Shown here: positions 22,254-32,482 of the stretch, one piece after another
Layout of the letters: each line of letters begins with the position of its first letter
How positions within the stretch are numbered: the first letter of the stretch is position 1
Virus record (IMG/VR): IMGVR_UViG_3300032092_000004
Span: 32,001-96,000 of that record
Reading direction: 5' to 3' (one strand)
Length of the DNA: 64,000 nucleotides
Source: a virus
The notes under the pieces: generated by a model
Database searches by the model: none
What the model was told of the DNA's origin: nothing
The model's input: the letters and a program-made list of their open reading frames with translations, nothing else
Program-made: the position numbers and the translations under genes

Positions 22254-23234
22254 ATGGAAAACATATTATTTGTCTCAGCACAACCTGACGTTCCCTACTT
22301 TATATGGCAAATAAAATTGTATGTTCACAATTTTATCGAAAAAGGAATTAACCCAAATCAAATACATGTGGTTTTAGGGTTAGTTAATAATGTGAACACA
22401 CCATCTAAAGAATCAGAACAACTTAAAGAGTTAGGTGTTAATGTTCATTACTTTGTTGATGAAAGATCTAAAAAACATTACATACCAAGTATTAAACCAT
22501 ACCTCATCTCAAAGTGGATCCAATCAAATACTGATTATGGAAAATTATTTTTTCTTCACGATGCTGATATTATTTTTAAAGAACTACCAAGTTTTAATCG
22601 GTTGTTAGACGATGAGGTTAGTTATCTATCTGATACGATAGGTTATATCGGATACAACTATATTATGGATTGTTGTGAGAGATATGAACAACAACACCCC
22701 AATTCAGATAAAGGACAACTTATAAGTGAAATGGCAGATGTAATTGGTGTTGATGTTGAAAAAATTAAACTCAATCAAGAAAATTCAGGTGGAGGACAAT
22801 ACCTAATTAAAAATACAAATTGTGAATTGTGGGATAAAATCTATAGAGACTCCACAAATATGTATAATAAAATGTTGGATTACCAAAAAAGATTCCCAAT
22901 AAATTCAGGTCAAATACAATTTTGGACCGCAGAGATGTGGTCATTATTATGGAATTTATGGTTGTATGGATTTAAAACTAAAGTAACTGAAGAACTTGAT
23001 TTTTCTTGGGCGACAGACACCATAGAAACTTATGAAAAAAAACCAATACTTCATATGGCTGGTGTAACAGATAACCTTAAAACTACAAAATTTTATAAAG
23101 GTGATTACATTAATATAGACCCAATTGTTAAGTTGAGAGATAACCCCAATCATTTTGATTACATAGATAAAAATAGTTCGACAATAAAATATATCGATAA
23201 TATGAAATCTTACATTCAAAAATACAACATATGA
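22254..23234 (+). CDS. GT-A glycosyltransferase resembling peptidyl-serine galactosyltransferase/HPAT (GT96/GT95)
   Basis: YFIWQ...HNF, YIPSIKP....W, LHDADIIF (DxD) and WTAEMW motifs. Confidence 0.7.
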   Translation: MENILFVSAQPDVPYFIWQIKLYVHNFIEKGINPNQIHVVLGLVNNVNTPSKESEQLKELGVNVHYFVDERSKKHYIPSIKPYLISKWIQSNTDYGKLFFLHDADIIFKELPSFNRLLDDEVSYLSDTIGYIGYNYIMDCCERYEQQHPNSDKGQLISEMADVIGVDVEKIKLNQENSGGGQYLIKNTNCELWDKIYRDSTNMYNKMLDYQKRFPINSGQIQFWTAEMWSLLWNLWLYGFKTKVTEELDFSWATDTIETYEKKPILHMAGVTDNLKTTKFYKGDYINIDPIVKLRDNPNHFDYIDKNSSTIKYIDNMKSYIQKYNI

Positions 23235-23251
23235 TTATTTATTGTTAATAG

Positions 23252-25327
23252 ATGGTAGAAAATTGTTATATATTATATTCTTGTGACGGAAGTTACAAAC
23301 CGATCATTTCAAACCTTAGTGGGTTAAGCGCTTATTCAACGTCATACATTTCTGTAAATTCTATAGATTCAGTAACAATAGATGAAACTTGTTTTTATGT
23401 GTTAAGTTTAGGTGAAATAGACTGTACACCAACAAACGAAATAACAATTTCAACAGGGATAACATGCAATTGTCAATGTTATTGTTATTTTATAAGATCT
23501 GTGACTCAAACAACTGATGTTACATATGTTAATTGTAATGATGAAATTATTGTTGATACTATCCAAGAGGGATTAACTTACAATATTTGTAGTAAAGTTT
23601 ATCCACAGTTTGACACTCAAGTGCAAATACCAATTAAATTAACTGACATTTGTGTTGATAACCAATGTCCACCAACAATCCCAACTGTAAAACCAACAAA
23701 CGAATGTGATGTTATTACAATATTCCCTATGGGGGTTACTTGTATAACACAACAACCTTCATCAGAAAGAGATTTTGATGGAGCGGTTGAATTAGTTGTA
23801 ACAGGAGGAACGCCACCTTACACTATATTTTGGGAAGTTGGAAGTTTTGCACCAGCACTAACTAATCTTGGAGTTGGTGAATATTCAGCATCTGTTACGG
23901 ATTATTATGGTGATTTTTCGGCATTTACAACTTGTGTTTTAACTGCGGAGACTGTAACATATTCAGGTATGTGTTTTGTATTAACAGGTGTAGTTGAAGA
24001 TCAGTTAGTATATATTAATTCAGAAGTAAAAGGGTTTAAAAATACAAAACCATACTTTGAAATACAATATGGTGTAAATCTTTTGGGTTACGTTTTTTGG
24101 GACCCAAGTTCAGAAAAATGGTTTTTTTGTCAAACGCTAGATTGTCAATTATCCCCATATAACACACTTTTATTACCTGATGGATTATATCCTACAGGAA
24201 CGACAGGTGATTGGCAAGTTATTTCAGACTCACCATATTTAATTGTTGAATCAACAATTGGCAATTGCTCACCACCGGTAATACCTAAAGAAGATTATAC
24301 ACTCTGTGCAACAATAGTTTCAAGGTCAACAAAACCTGGAATCCCAACTATGGCCTCACAAGTAGAACTTGATCCAAGTATTAATATAAATGGAGAACCT
24401 AGTTGGTCTTCATCAACAGGTCAATATGTTGTGTATTGGGATAGTGGATCGACACCATCACAATGGGTTATGACAGGATTTACTAGTCCATCAACATTAG
24501 TTACAAATAATGACCCATCATATCCACCAGTAAGTAATTGGCAAGTTTATGGTGGATATGATATATACAGTGTTGATATTGCTCAAGGATTATGTACTGA
24601 TTCGTACATTGTAGTGGTTTCTGCGGTAGTTAACGACGCTTTATGTGGAAATAATGGTAGTATTACTATTAGTGCTTCTGGAGGAGATGCACCGTACCAA
24701 TACTCAATAGATGGAGGATTATCATATCAACCATCACCAATATTCAGTAATGTTCTTCCAGGGACTTATATAGTATTTGCTAAAGACGTAAATACAACAA
24801 TAGGTTCATTTGGACCTGTGGTGGTTAATAACATCCCAACCACCATTTATAACGTAACGATGAACGTAAATTACAATAATAATACTTTTACGTTAACTGC
24901 ACCATCTTTACCTGTTGGATCTACATTAACTGTTGATGTTGTTATGTCGTCAATATTTAACTATTACCCACAAAGTTTGAGCCCAATACCTTCATATAAT
25001 AATTTTACAACTATTAGTGGTGTTGGACTTATGACAAATACAAATACAACAGTTAATACTTATGCATTAGGTGGACCTTGTAGTGTTCCTGGACCACTAA
25101 ACAATACACAAATTAGTAAAACCTATTTGAACACCTTAACATTAACTAGTGGTCAAGTTGTTACAGGTAGTACTACAAATAGTATCATCAACTTTCCTGC
25201 ATTTGAGTGTTCAAACGCAGTTGGATATTATCAATTATCTATTACAAACGCAATAATAAATAACTGTCAATGTTGTGAGACAAACCTAATTAATTCGGTT
25301 CCACCTGTACCACAATCAGTTTTATAA
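23252..25327 (+). CDS. Cys-rich virion protein with SprB-like repeats
   Basis: DGAVELVVTGGTPPYTIFW, NNGSITISASGGDAPYQYSIDGG; many Cys; preceded by TATTTAT. Confidence 0.65.
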   Translation: MVENCYILYSCDGSYKPIISNLSGLSAYSTSYISVNSIDSVTIDETCFYVLSLGEIDCTPTNEITISTGITCNCQCYCYFIRSVTQTTDVTYVNCNDEIIVDTIQEGLTYNICSKVYPQFDTQVQIPIKLTDICVDNQCPPTIPTVKPTNECDVITIFPMGVTCITQQPSSERDFDGAVELVVTGGTPPYTIFWEVGSFAPALTNLGVGEYSASVTDYYGDFSAFTTCVLTAETVTYSGMCFVLTGVVEDQLVYINSEVKGFKNTKPYFEIQYGVNLLGYVFWDPSSEKWFFCQTLDCQLSPYNTLLLPDGLYPTGTTGDWQVISDSPYLIVESTIGNCSPPVIPKEDYTLCATIVSRSTKPGIPTMASQVELDPSININGEPSWSSSTGQYVVYWDSGSTPSQWVMTGFTSPSTLVTNNDPSYPPVSNWQVYGGYDIYSVDIAQGLCTDSYIVVVSAVVNDALCGNNGSITISASGGDAPYQYSIDGGLSYQPSPIFSNVLPGTYIVFAKDVNTTIGSFGPVVVNNIPTTIYNVTMNVNYNNNTFTLTAPSLPVGSTLTVDVVMSSIFNYYPQSLSPIPSYNNFTTISGVGLMTNTNTTVNTYALGGPCSVPGPLNNTQISKTYLNTLTLTSGQVVTGSTTNSIINFPAFECSNAVGYYQLSITNAIINNCQCCETNLINSVPPVPQSVL

Positions 25328-25353
25328 ATTGAATATAAGAATATTTACAATAA

Positions 25354-27858
25354 ATGGCTTACATAATTAAAAATACATCTGGTTTAGTTAACACTCGTGT
25401 TACAGATACGGGTAGACAAAAAATGTCCGAAGGCAACTTTAATATTTTTTACTTTGCGGTAGGGGATAGTGAAGTTTCATATAACGAGTTACCATCTACT
25501 TACAATCAGACTAATACCGTTGTTTTAGAACCACAATTCAATGCACAAAACAGTTCAGGTGTTCCTGAATCAAATAGACAGTACATTAAATATCCATATT
25601 TAGTTGATGAAGGACAAACAAATATTTATGGTATACCTTTTATGGATTCAGGTATTGATTCTGTTTACAATAGAGCTGCTATGAGAGGGTTCTTCACAGG
25701 AAACACAACCGCTTCTACTGTAGATTGGAAAGCGTTAGTTAATAACACATATGTCATTACACCAAATTATGTGGTTAACATGTCCACTTTGAACGGAACA
25801 AACCAAATAAGTGTACAAAGAATGGACTGTAATGTTCAAAATGATAATACACCAAATGTTGGAGATTTTATAACAATATATTATGATGGAAGAGCAGAGA
25901 CCGATTGTTCTTGTAGTAATTTTCCTACACCAACTCCGACACCTTCGTTATACAGTACACCAACTCCGACACCCACACCAACAAGTACACTTTCAATACC
26001 TTGTGCTTCTCCAACACCAACACCTTCACCAACACACACACCATGTTTAACACCAACACCAAGTGCTCAATGTCCATTACCACCACCACCTGATTGTTTA
26101 AAAGATGTAGTAAGTTGTTTTTCAATTTTAACTTATAGAATTGTTGAAGTTTGTGGTAGTGTTTTAACGTTAGACAGAGATACACCTGATTTTACAAATT
26201 TATCAATTGATTGTTGGGCGAGAACATTAATTTATCCACCACAAATGGTTCCTTTATATGACAGTTTTACACCTGAACCACATTGGAATAAAAGTGTAAT
26301 CGACTTTGAATCAGTTTGTGATACTGATCAGTTTGATGTTAAAATATGGAATATGAATATTCCTTGGACCGAGAGTCCTGCTGGTTTGGCATCCGCTCAA
26401 TTCCAAGACTACACAAAATTTGGTTCTATTAACTACATAGGACAAAAAGAATATTTTGGATATAATTCATCTGATGGTCAAACATCTACTGATGATGTAT
26501 ATTACTACAATTCATTCGGCGAAAAAATTGTAGTAGCACCTGAAGAACAAAAGGCAATTGCAATTATCCACTATACTAATCAAACTATCGATTTCTTTTA
26601 TGGTGAAAAATTTGCGTTAGAACCTTACGACACACAAAACCCTGATAACACTCAAGGTCAAGCGAGAAACTTTAAGTTACATATGCCAACAATAATGTGG
26701 CATAAAAATCCTGAATGTTGTTTTGGGCAAACTTTTTGGGTGGATCCTCCAGGATTTGACAATCAAAATTTATTCCAAGTTCAATATACAAAGTCTAAAA
26801 TTTCACAACAAATGAATCAACCTGGACTTAGATATTATAATCTTTGGGATACATTTGCACAACCAAACGGTCTACCAAGTAGGGTAGGTAAAGTTTACCC
26901 TGACTCAAAACTAATTGTTATTGATGATGAAGAATTAGTAGCTGCTCTATCATATAAATCAAATAGAAACTGGACTTTACCGGCACCACAAGTATCTTTA
27001 ATTACACCAAACACATGTGGGACTTCAAATACTACAGGTGTTTTAACAGGAGGAGGAGAGACACTTTGGGTAACTTATAGACTATCAAACACAAACGCAT
27101 TTACAAATTCATTACATAGTAATTATTACACAAGTGTTGTTGGAACTGAGAATGTCTGTTCACCTGAAACACCTAAGAATGTTGCAGTTAGATTTGGTGG
27201 AGATTTCCCTTGTTTAGTACAACCAGGTTTCTCACCAACAACTACAACGACTACATTCAATCCTGTTACCACATCAACAACTACAATTAATCCACCATAC
27301 ACAACAACTACAACAACTCAGTGTCCTGTTTGTACTGTTCCTGCTGGATTCTATGCACAACAGTTCCAAGTACTGGCTCAAAAAACATTATCGGGGGTGA
27401 GACCTGATCCGGCTCAATGGAGATTAATTGATTTTACAAGTCAAATTGAACAATACTTCATTAATGGTTATGTAACCCAAGAATCTTTAACCGCAACAAC
27501 TTTTGTTGTAACTGCGGAAAATTATGGAAGTGCACCAATATACAATCTAAACGACTATATAAGTTTGGTTCCTAATGGTGCGACAGGACAACAATTGAAT
27601 TTTGGTGATGAGTACTATTTCTACGGTAATTTAGAAACCGACATCCAAGCCACATTATATGAGATGAAATATAAAATTAACTTAAGTGATAATGAATTCT
27701 TAGTTTCTCAAAACCCAACTTGGACCCAAGGAACCCCATCTTATGTTACCGAAATTGCACTTTTAGATGAAAATAAAGATGTTTTAGTTATGTCTAAAAT
27801 GCAATCACCAATATTAAGACAAGGAATCCAACAGTACGTTATTAAATTAGATTTCTAA
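25354..27858 (+). CDS. Tail-fibre/baseplate adapter-type protein with (PT)n and poly-Thr tracts
   Basis: N-terminal VTDTGRQKM..FAVGDSE and C-terminal VTEIALLDENKDVLVMSK (DUF3751-like halves). Confidence 0.6.
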   Translation: MAYIIKNTSGLVNTRVTDTGRQKMSEGNFNIFYFAVGDSEVSYNELPSTYNQTNTVVLEPQFNAQNSSGVPESNRQYIKYPYLVDEGQTNIYGIPFMDSGIDSVYNRAAMRGFFTGNTTASTVDWKALVNNTYVITPNYVVNMSTLNGTNQISVQRMDCNVQNDNTPNVGDFITIYYDGRAETDCSCSNFPTPTPTPSLYSTPTPTPTPTSTLSIPCASPTPTPSPTHTPCLTPTPSAQCPLPPPPDCLKDVVSCFSILTYRIVEVCGSVLTLDRDTPDFTNLSIDCWARTLIYPPQMVPLYDSFTPEPHWNKSVIDFESVCDTDQFDVKIWNMNIPWTESPAGLASAQFQDYTKFGSINYIGQKEYFGYNSSDGQTSTDDVYYYNSFGEKIVVAPEEQKAIAIIHYTNQTIDFFYGEKFALEPYDTQNPDNTQGQARNFKLHMPTIMWHKNPECCFGQTFWVDPPGFDNQNLFQVQYTKSKISQQMNQPGLRYYNLWDTFAQPNGLPSRVGKVYPDSKLIVIDDEELVAALSYKSNRNWTLPAPQVSLITPNTCGTSNTTGVLTGGGETLWVTYRLSNTNAFTNSLHSNYYTSVVGTENVCSPETPKNVAVRFGGDFPCLVQPGFSPTTTTTTFNPVTTSTTTINPPYTTTTTTQCPVCTVPAGFYAQQFQVLAQKTLSGVRPDPAQWRLIDFTSQIEQYFINGYVTQESLTATTFVVTAENYGSAPIYNLNDYISLVPNGATGQQLNFGDEYYFYGNLETDIQATLYEMKYKINLSDNEFLVSQNPTWTQGTPSYVTEIALLDENKDVLVMSKMQSPILRQGIQQYVIKLDF
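25921..26092 (+). repeat. Pro/Thr (PT)n coding low-complexity tract
   Basis: ACACCA-like repeats encoding PTPTPTPS...PTPTPSPTHTP. Confidence 0.85.
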
Positions 27859-27912
27859 CAAAACTACAATTTTTATCTTCATAGTTTATAATATAAATAA
27901 AATAATAGCTTT

Positions 27913-28521
27913 ATGGCAAAAAATTTAAAAAACTCCCCCAAAGTTTTGGGTCTTGATATTTCCACAAAAACCATAGGGTGGGCATTGTTTGATATCAAAA
28001 CACAAGAACTACTTGAATTAACTCATATCTCACCAAGACCAAAAATGGAGAAAGATGAGAATGATAAACTAAAAGAGTTATTATTAAAATCAGAAATATT
28101 TGCTGAAAAACTTAAACAATATAAAGATTTAGGGATTGTTAGAATTATTATAGAGGAACCACTTTTAAATTCTAATAACATTTATACCATACAAACACTA
28201 TTAAGATTTAATAGTTTTGTATTTAAAGAAATCTATAATATAATGGGAATAGTTCCTGAATTTATATCGACATATAACTCAAGAAAATTTGCCTTTCCTG
28301 AGTTAGTCCAAGAAAACGATAAAAAGAAATTTGTGTTATTTGGTGGATTACCAAAAGACGTTGATAAAAAGTTGATAATTTGGGAAAAGGTTGCAAAAAG
28401 AGAACCACAGATTACTTGGCATTATACAAAAAACAATACATTAAAGAAAGAGAATTTTGATCAAACAGATGCGTACACTTGTGTTTTAGGATTTATGAGA
28501 TCAAAAGAAATTTGGAAATAA
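27913..28521 (+). CDS. ruvC: RuvC-like Holliday junction resolvase
   Basis: VLGLDISTKTIGW, IIIEEP and DQTDA acidic catalytic motifs. Confidence 0.8.
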   Translation: MAKNLKNSPKVLGLDISTKTIGWALFDIKTQELLELTHISPRPKMEKDENDKLKELLLKSEIFAEKLKQYKDLGIVRIIIEEPLLNSNNIYTIQTLLRFNSFVFKEIYNIMGIVPEFISTYNSRKFAFPELVQENDKKKFVLFGGLPKDVDKKLIIWEKVAKREPQITWHYTKNNTLKKENFDQTDAYTCVLGFMRSKEIWK

Positions 28522-28545
28522 TATCGTTTATATAACCGATAATTG

Positions 28546-28578
28546 AAAATATCGTCTTTTTAGACGATATTTTTTTTT
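28546..28578. terminator. Bidirectional terminator between convergent genes
   Basis: AAAATATCGTCT-TTTT-AGACGATATTTT. Confidence 0.85.
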
Positions 28579-28579
28579 A

Positions 28580-29848
28580 TTAACAAATTACACCTGAATC
28601 TGTTGCTGTAAAGTTTGGAGAAGAAGATGTTGGAATTGTGATAGAACAAATGTAATCGGATGTGTAACCACCTAACCCACCTAAAGATATCGTTCCATCA
28701 CACTCATAGTAATTATATTTAATTTGACTAACACTATTGTTTTCAACATACCATTTTGTAAGGATACAAGGACTTGATGTTGGAGTTGGTGTTGGTGTTT
28801 GTGTTGGTGAAGGAGTTGGTGTTTGTGTTAAATTAGGAAGACAATCTAAACACGCACCATCTATTCTTGAACCAACTTCAAAAGTTAACGTAATGTCATC
28901 CACACCACTTATGTTTTCAAATAAACCTTCATAAACAACACAACAACCTTGACCATTAATAATTGCGTTATATACGTAACCTTCTTTTGGACTTGTGTTT
29001 CCTGAAACTAATATTAAATCTGAAGAGAAATAATCAAAACCAGTAAAGCAATCTTTAAATTTCTTACTATTAGCACATTGTAATATTTCATTAAATGTGT
29101 TAAATATAACTTCACCACTAAAATTACAAGGTCTTGTTATTTGTGGTGTAGGTGTTGGGGTTGGTGTCATTGTTGGTGTCGGAGAATATGATACCGTAAT
29201 CGCTGACGCACTTATAAAAGATCCACCACATATATTTGTTGATGAAGGTGTTGGAGTTGGTGTAGGTGTTTGAGTTGGTGTTGCCGATATTGAAGGGGAA
29301 GGGGTGACTAAACAATCAAAAATTGCGGTGAAATCAAATGTTGCACACGGATTAACAGTTGTGGTAGTTGTAACACAAATTCCTGTATATGCGACAGTGT
29401 CGTCAAAATCAGGACAATCTGACGTACTTCCAAATGGACCAAACTGATCACATGGGCCACCTAATGTTTGAGACAAACACCATCTTGTTTCACCTGTTGA
29501 GTAAAACATAAAATATCCTGTGGTTTGTCCCGTAAAATAAGATTGACCCAGATATCTTCCTCCTGCTAATTGGTATGTGTCATCATAATTTGTGTCATTC
29601 TCAACACAAAAAAACTGAGGACATGTACAACCTGAAATACCGGTAATAGTTCCTGAAACAACATTATATACATTAATACCATTAGAATAATAAGATGTTA
29701 ATGCTGGTGTTCCAGTACATCCTGAGTTTAAATAAACTACATAACCTATTGTTAATCCGCTACCATAAAGTGTGGTACTCAAAGAACCACCACACGAAAT
29801 ATAAGGATCCGAAGCAGAGGCAAATAAACCTAAATTACTACAAGCCAT
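28580..29848 (-). CDS. Cys-rich virion-like protein with three (PT)n tracts
   Basis: TPTQTPTPTPTPS repeats; high Cys; composition resembles the tail genes. Confidence 0.65.
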   Translation of the reverse strand: MACSNLGLFASASDPYISCGGSLSTTLYGSGLTIGYVVYLNSGCTGTPALTSYYSNGINVYNVVSGTITGISGCTCPQFFCVENDTNYDDTYQLAGGRYLGQSYFTGQTTGYFMFYSTGETRWCLSQTLGGPCDQFGPFGSTSDCPDFDDTVAYTGICVTTTTTVNPCATFDFTAIFDCLVTPSPSISATPTQTPTPTPTPSSTNICGGSFISASAITVSYSPTPTMTPTPTPTPQITRPCNFSGEVIFNTFNEILQCANSKKFKDCFTGFDYFSSDLILVSGNTSPKEGYVYNAIINGQGCCVVYEGLFENISGVDDITLTFEVGSRIDGACLDCLPNLTQTPTPSPTQTPTPTPTSSPCILTKWYVENNSVSQIKYNYYECDGTISLGGLGGYTSDYICSITIPTSSSPNFTATDSGVIC

Positions 29849-29849
29849 A

Positions 29850-30071
29850 TTATATTATCAAATTTTTCTCAACCAAACAATTATTACTATCAACAGATTT
29901 AACACCTACTGAACCCATACCCTCCAAAACATATGGAAGATTGAAAACATATGGGATTTGACCGGATGATATTGTGGCTATGTAAATACAAGTTGTGTAA
30001 CCTGTATCACAAGTGTAAATATCAAAAGGTGAAGAACCGCTTAAACCTGTAATTGTTATTTGTGTTGGCAT
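29850..30071 (-). CDS. Small Cys-containing virion accessory protein (paralog of 19218-19514)
   Basis: Shared motif; TATTTAT on the minus strand at 30079-30085. Confidence 0.6.
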   Translation of the reverse strand: MPTQITITGLSGSSPFDIYTCDTGYTTCIYIATISSGQIPYVFNLPYVLEGMGSVGVKSVDSNNCLVEKNLII

Positions 30072-30146
30072 ATCAACAATAAATATAAAAGAACATGAAA
30101 GTTTGTGTAGTTGATGTATTGAAAGTTTATTATTATATTATAGGGG

Positions 30147-31046
30147 ATGGAAGAAAATGAAGCGTTAGTTGAGTTATTGGAAGAAGTTCTTGGTGATCAC
30201 GGACTTCACTATCCTAATCGTGGTCAAATTTCTTTTAATTGTCCTGTTTGTGATGATGGGAGAAATAAACATAATTTGGAAGTTAACTACATAGATAATG
30301 TTTATAAATGTTGGGCATGTGGGGATAGTGAAAATACACACGGACCTTTGGGTAGAATATTCGACAAGTATGGGAATAGAAAACAGAAAAAACTATATAA
30401 CGTCTTCAAACCCGAAACAGTTGTAAAAAGAGAAAAAAAGAAAAAAACTCTTAAACTTCCTGAAAGTTTTACCCTATTCAAAGACTCAAGTACGGTTTAT
30501 CCAGTTAGACGACAAGCAATGAATTATCTTAAAAGTCGTGGGATTACAGACGAGATGATAGAAAAGTTTGGGATTGGATTTTGTGATAAAGGGGATCATG
30601 CTGGTAGAATTGTTATTCCGTCTTACGATAAAAAGGGTGAGTTGAATTATTATATTGCAAGAAGTTGGAACCCGATGTCACGAGCTAAGTATAAAAACCC
30701 TGAGGCTGAAAAAGACAAAATTATATTTTGGGAAAATTTAATTGATTGGAAAAAAGACATTTATTTAGTTGAAGGAGCTTTTGACGGATTATTTTTAGAT
30801 AACCCAATACCAATGCTTGGAAAACATATGTCTGAACTTTTGTTTGAAACAATTTATAAAAACGCTAAGGCTAATGTAATTATTTGTTTGGATGGTGACG
30901 CTTGGCAAAACGCGGTTAAACTTTATCACGAATTAAATGGTGGTGAGTTATATCAAAAAATAAAAATACTCAAACTTCCTATGGATCAGGATGTTTGTGA
31001 TCTCAAGGGTCAGATTGATCCTTATTATGTAATAATTAAAGACTAA
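30147..31046 (+). CDS. DNA primase (Zn finger + Toprim)
   Basis: CPVC...CWAC, YLKSRGI, RIVIP, VEGAFD, LDGDA. Confidence 0.88.
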   Translation: MEENEALVELLEEVLGDHGLHYPNRGQISFNCPVCDDGRNKHNLEVNYIDNVYKCWACGDSENTHGPLGRIFDKYGNRKQKKLYNVFKPETVVKREKKKKTLKLPESFTLFKDSSTVYPVRRQAMNYLKSRGITDEMIEKFGIGFCDKGDHAGRIVIPSYDKKGELNYYIARSWNPMSRAKYKNPEAEKDKIIFWENLIDWKKDIYLVEGAFDGLFLDNPIPMLGKHMSELLFETIYKNAKANVIICLDGDAWQNAVKLYHELNGGELYQKIKILKLPMDQDVCDLKGQIDPYYVIIKD

Positions 31047-31909
31047 TGGATTTAAAAAAAATAGCGGAAGAGATTAGAGAAATCATATCCCAAAAACAAA
31101 AAGACTTTCAATTAACCTTTGAGGAAGAAAGTCACAAATACACAATGTTGGATAAAGAAGGTAACTTACGATCAGACTTCCCTTCGGTATCCAAAGTCAT
31201 GAAAATATTTTACGACGACTTCCCAACAGAACAAGCTGCATATAACAAAGCGGGGGGCGATCCTGATGAAGCCGAAAGATTAATGGAAGAGTGGGCCGAA
31301 GCCGGTAGAAAATCAACAAACTTAGGATCTCGTTGTCACTTCTTCTTAGAGGAACATACACTCAAAGAATTTGGTATTGATAAAGTAGTTCGCCAACCAT
31401 TATTTGATTGTGATGCCGAGCAGATTATTAAAAGTGATACAATGATTATGGCTGGTAAGTATTACATTGAACTACTTAAAGAGAGAGGATGTGAACTGAT
31501 TGATACTGAGATGGTTTTAGGTCATCCTGAATTAGAATACACTGGACAACCAGATAAGGTATGGTTAGTAATTGGAACAAATGGTAACATTGGTATTTTA
31601 ATAACGGATTGGAAATCAAACAAACCAAAGAACTTTGCGGTTACCCGTTATACTAAAAAAATGAAAAAACCATTTGAAGATTTACCTGATAATGCTTTAG
31701 GTCACTACAACACTCAATTACCTTTTTATGGTAAATTACTTCTAAAAATGTTAGAGGGTACTAAATATGAAAACATACAACTATTAGGGTGTATTATAGT
31801 TTTAATTACTGATGATAGAGAGTACCACGAATATCGAGTATCTAAAAAAACTATGAACACAATCTTAGATATGGATATAAAACAATATTTGACTAAACTT
31901 AAGAAATAA
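31046..31909 (+). CDS. PD-(D/E)xK exonuclease
   Basis: FEEESHKY, PSVS, GSRCHFFLE, GQPD, TDWKS and QL..Y motifs. Confidence 0.8.
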   Translation: MDLKKIAEEIREIISQKQKDFQLTFEEESHKYTMLDKEGNLRSDFPSVSKVMKIFYDDFPTEQAAYNKAGGDPDEAERLMEEWAEAGRKSTNLGSRCHFFLEEHTLKEFGIDKVVRQPLFDCDAEQIIKSDTMIMAGKYYIELLKERGCELIDTEMVLGHPELEYTGQPDKVWLVIGTNGNIGILITDWKSNKPKNFAVTRYTKKMKKPFEDLPDNALGHYNTQLPFYGKLLLKMLEGTKYENIQLLGCIIVLITDDREYHEYRVSKKTMNTILDMDIKQYLTKLKK

Positions 31910-31917
31910 ACTATTAT
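31889..31917 (+). promoter_or_regulatory. sigma70-like -35/-10 promoter candidate
   Basis: TTGACT-17 nt-TATTAT. Confidence 0.4.
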
Positions 31918-31922
31918 TGGAT

Positions 31923-32015
31923 ATGACATTAACAATTACACCCACTTGGGTAACAACAACTAGTTGGGACCAATTATTACCTATTAAAATAAAAATAAAC
32001 TATATTATAAAATAA
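31923..32015 (+). CDS. Possible 30-aa peptide (MTLTITPTWVTTTSWDQLLPIKIKINYIIK)
   Basis: Fills the gap between the promoter candidate and the next ATG. Confidence 0.35.
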   Translation: MTLTITPTWVTTTSWDQLLPIKIKINYIIK

Positions 32016-32017
32016 AA

Positions 32018-32233
32018 ATGGACGATATTATCAAACCAAAGATTGATCTTAGACAACAACAGACAATCAAATGCGAAAAATGTGAGTCAAAATTCTTCAA
32101 AGAAGTAACAATGTTGAAGAAAGTACCTAAATTATTAACAGGAAGTCATGAGGACACTATTGTGCCATTCCCAACTTATATGTGTAATGAGTGTGGTAAC
32201 GTTAATGATGACTTTGAATTATTTATTGACTAA
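32018..32233 (+). CDS. Small zinc-ribbon protein
   Basis: CEKC...CNEC. Confidence 0.7.
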   Translation: MDDIIKPKIDLRQQQTIKCEKCESKFFKEVTMLKKVPKLLTGSHEDTIVPFPTYMCNECGNVNDDFELFID

Positions 32234-32236
32234 AAT

Positions 32237-32482
32237 ATGACACACAAAGAATTTTATATTTGGTTAGACGGTTTTATGACCAACAGAGATTGGGTTGTTA
32301 TCAAACAAGTGGATATTGAAACCATCCAAGAAAAAATGAAAGAGGTTAAAGAAGATTATAAGATTGGTATTGCGGAACCATATAGAATTCCAATTCCTGT
32401 AAATCCATTTCCTGTAAAAGATGATCCTTACAGTCCACCATACGAAGTATATTGCGGAGACAAAACACAATTAAATGATTAA
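32237..32482 (+). CDS. Hypothetical protein
   Basis: MT.KEF.IWLDGF N-terminus; coupled to neighbours. Confidence 0.6.
   Translation: MTHKEFYIWLDGFMTNRDWVVIKQVDIETIQEKMKEVKEDYKIGIAEPYRIPIPVNPFPVKDDPYSPPYEVYCGDKTQLND

Noticed and set aside
27913-28521. Cas9/TnpB/IscB-type RuvC effector
   Set aside because: Only 202 aa, with a contiguous RuvC and no bridge helix, HNH, zinc finger or adjacent array.
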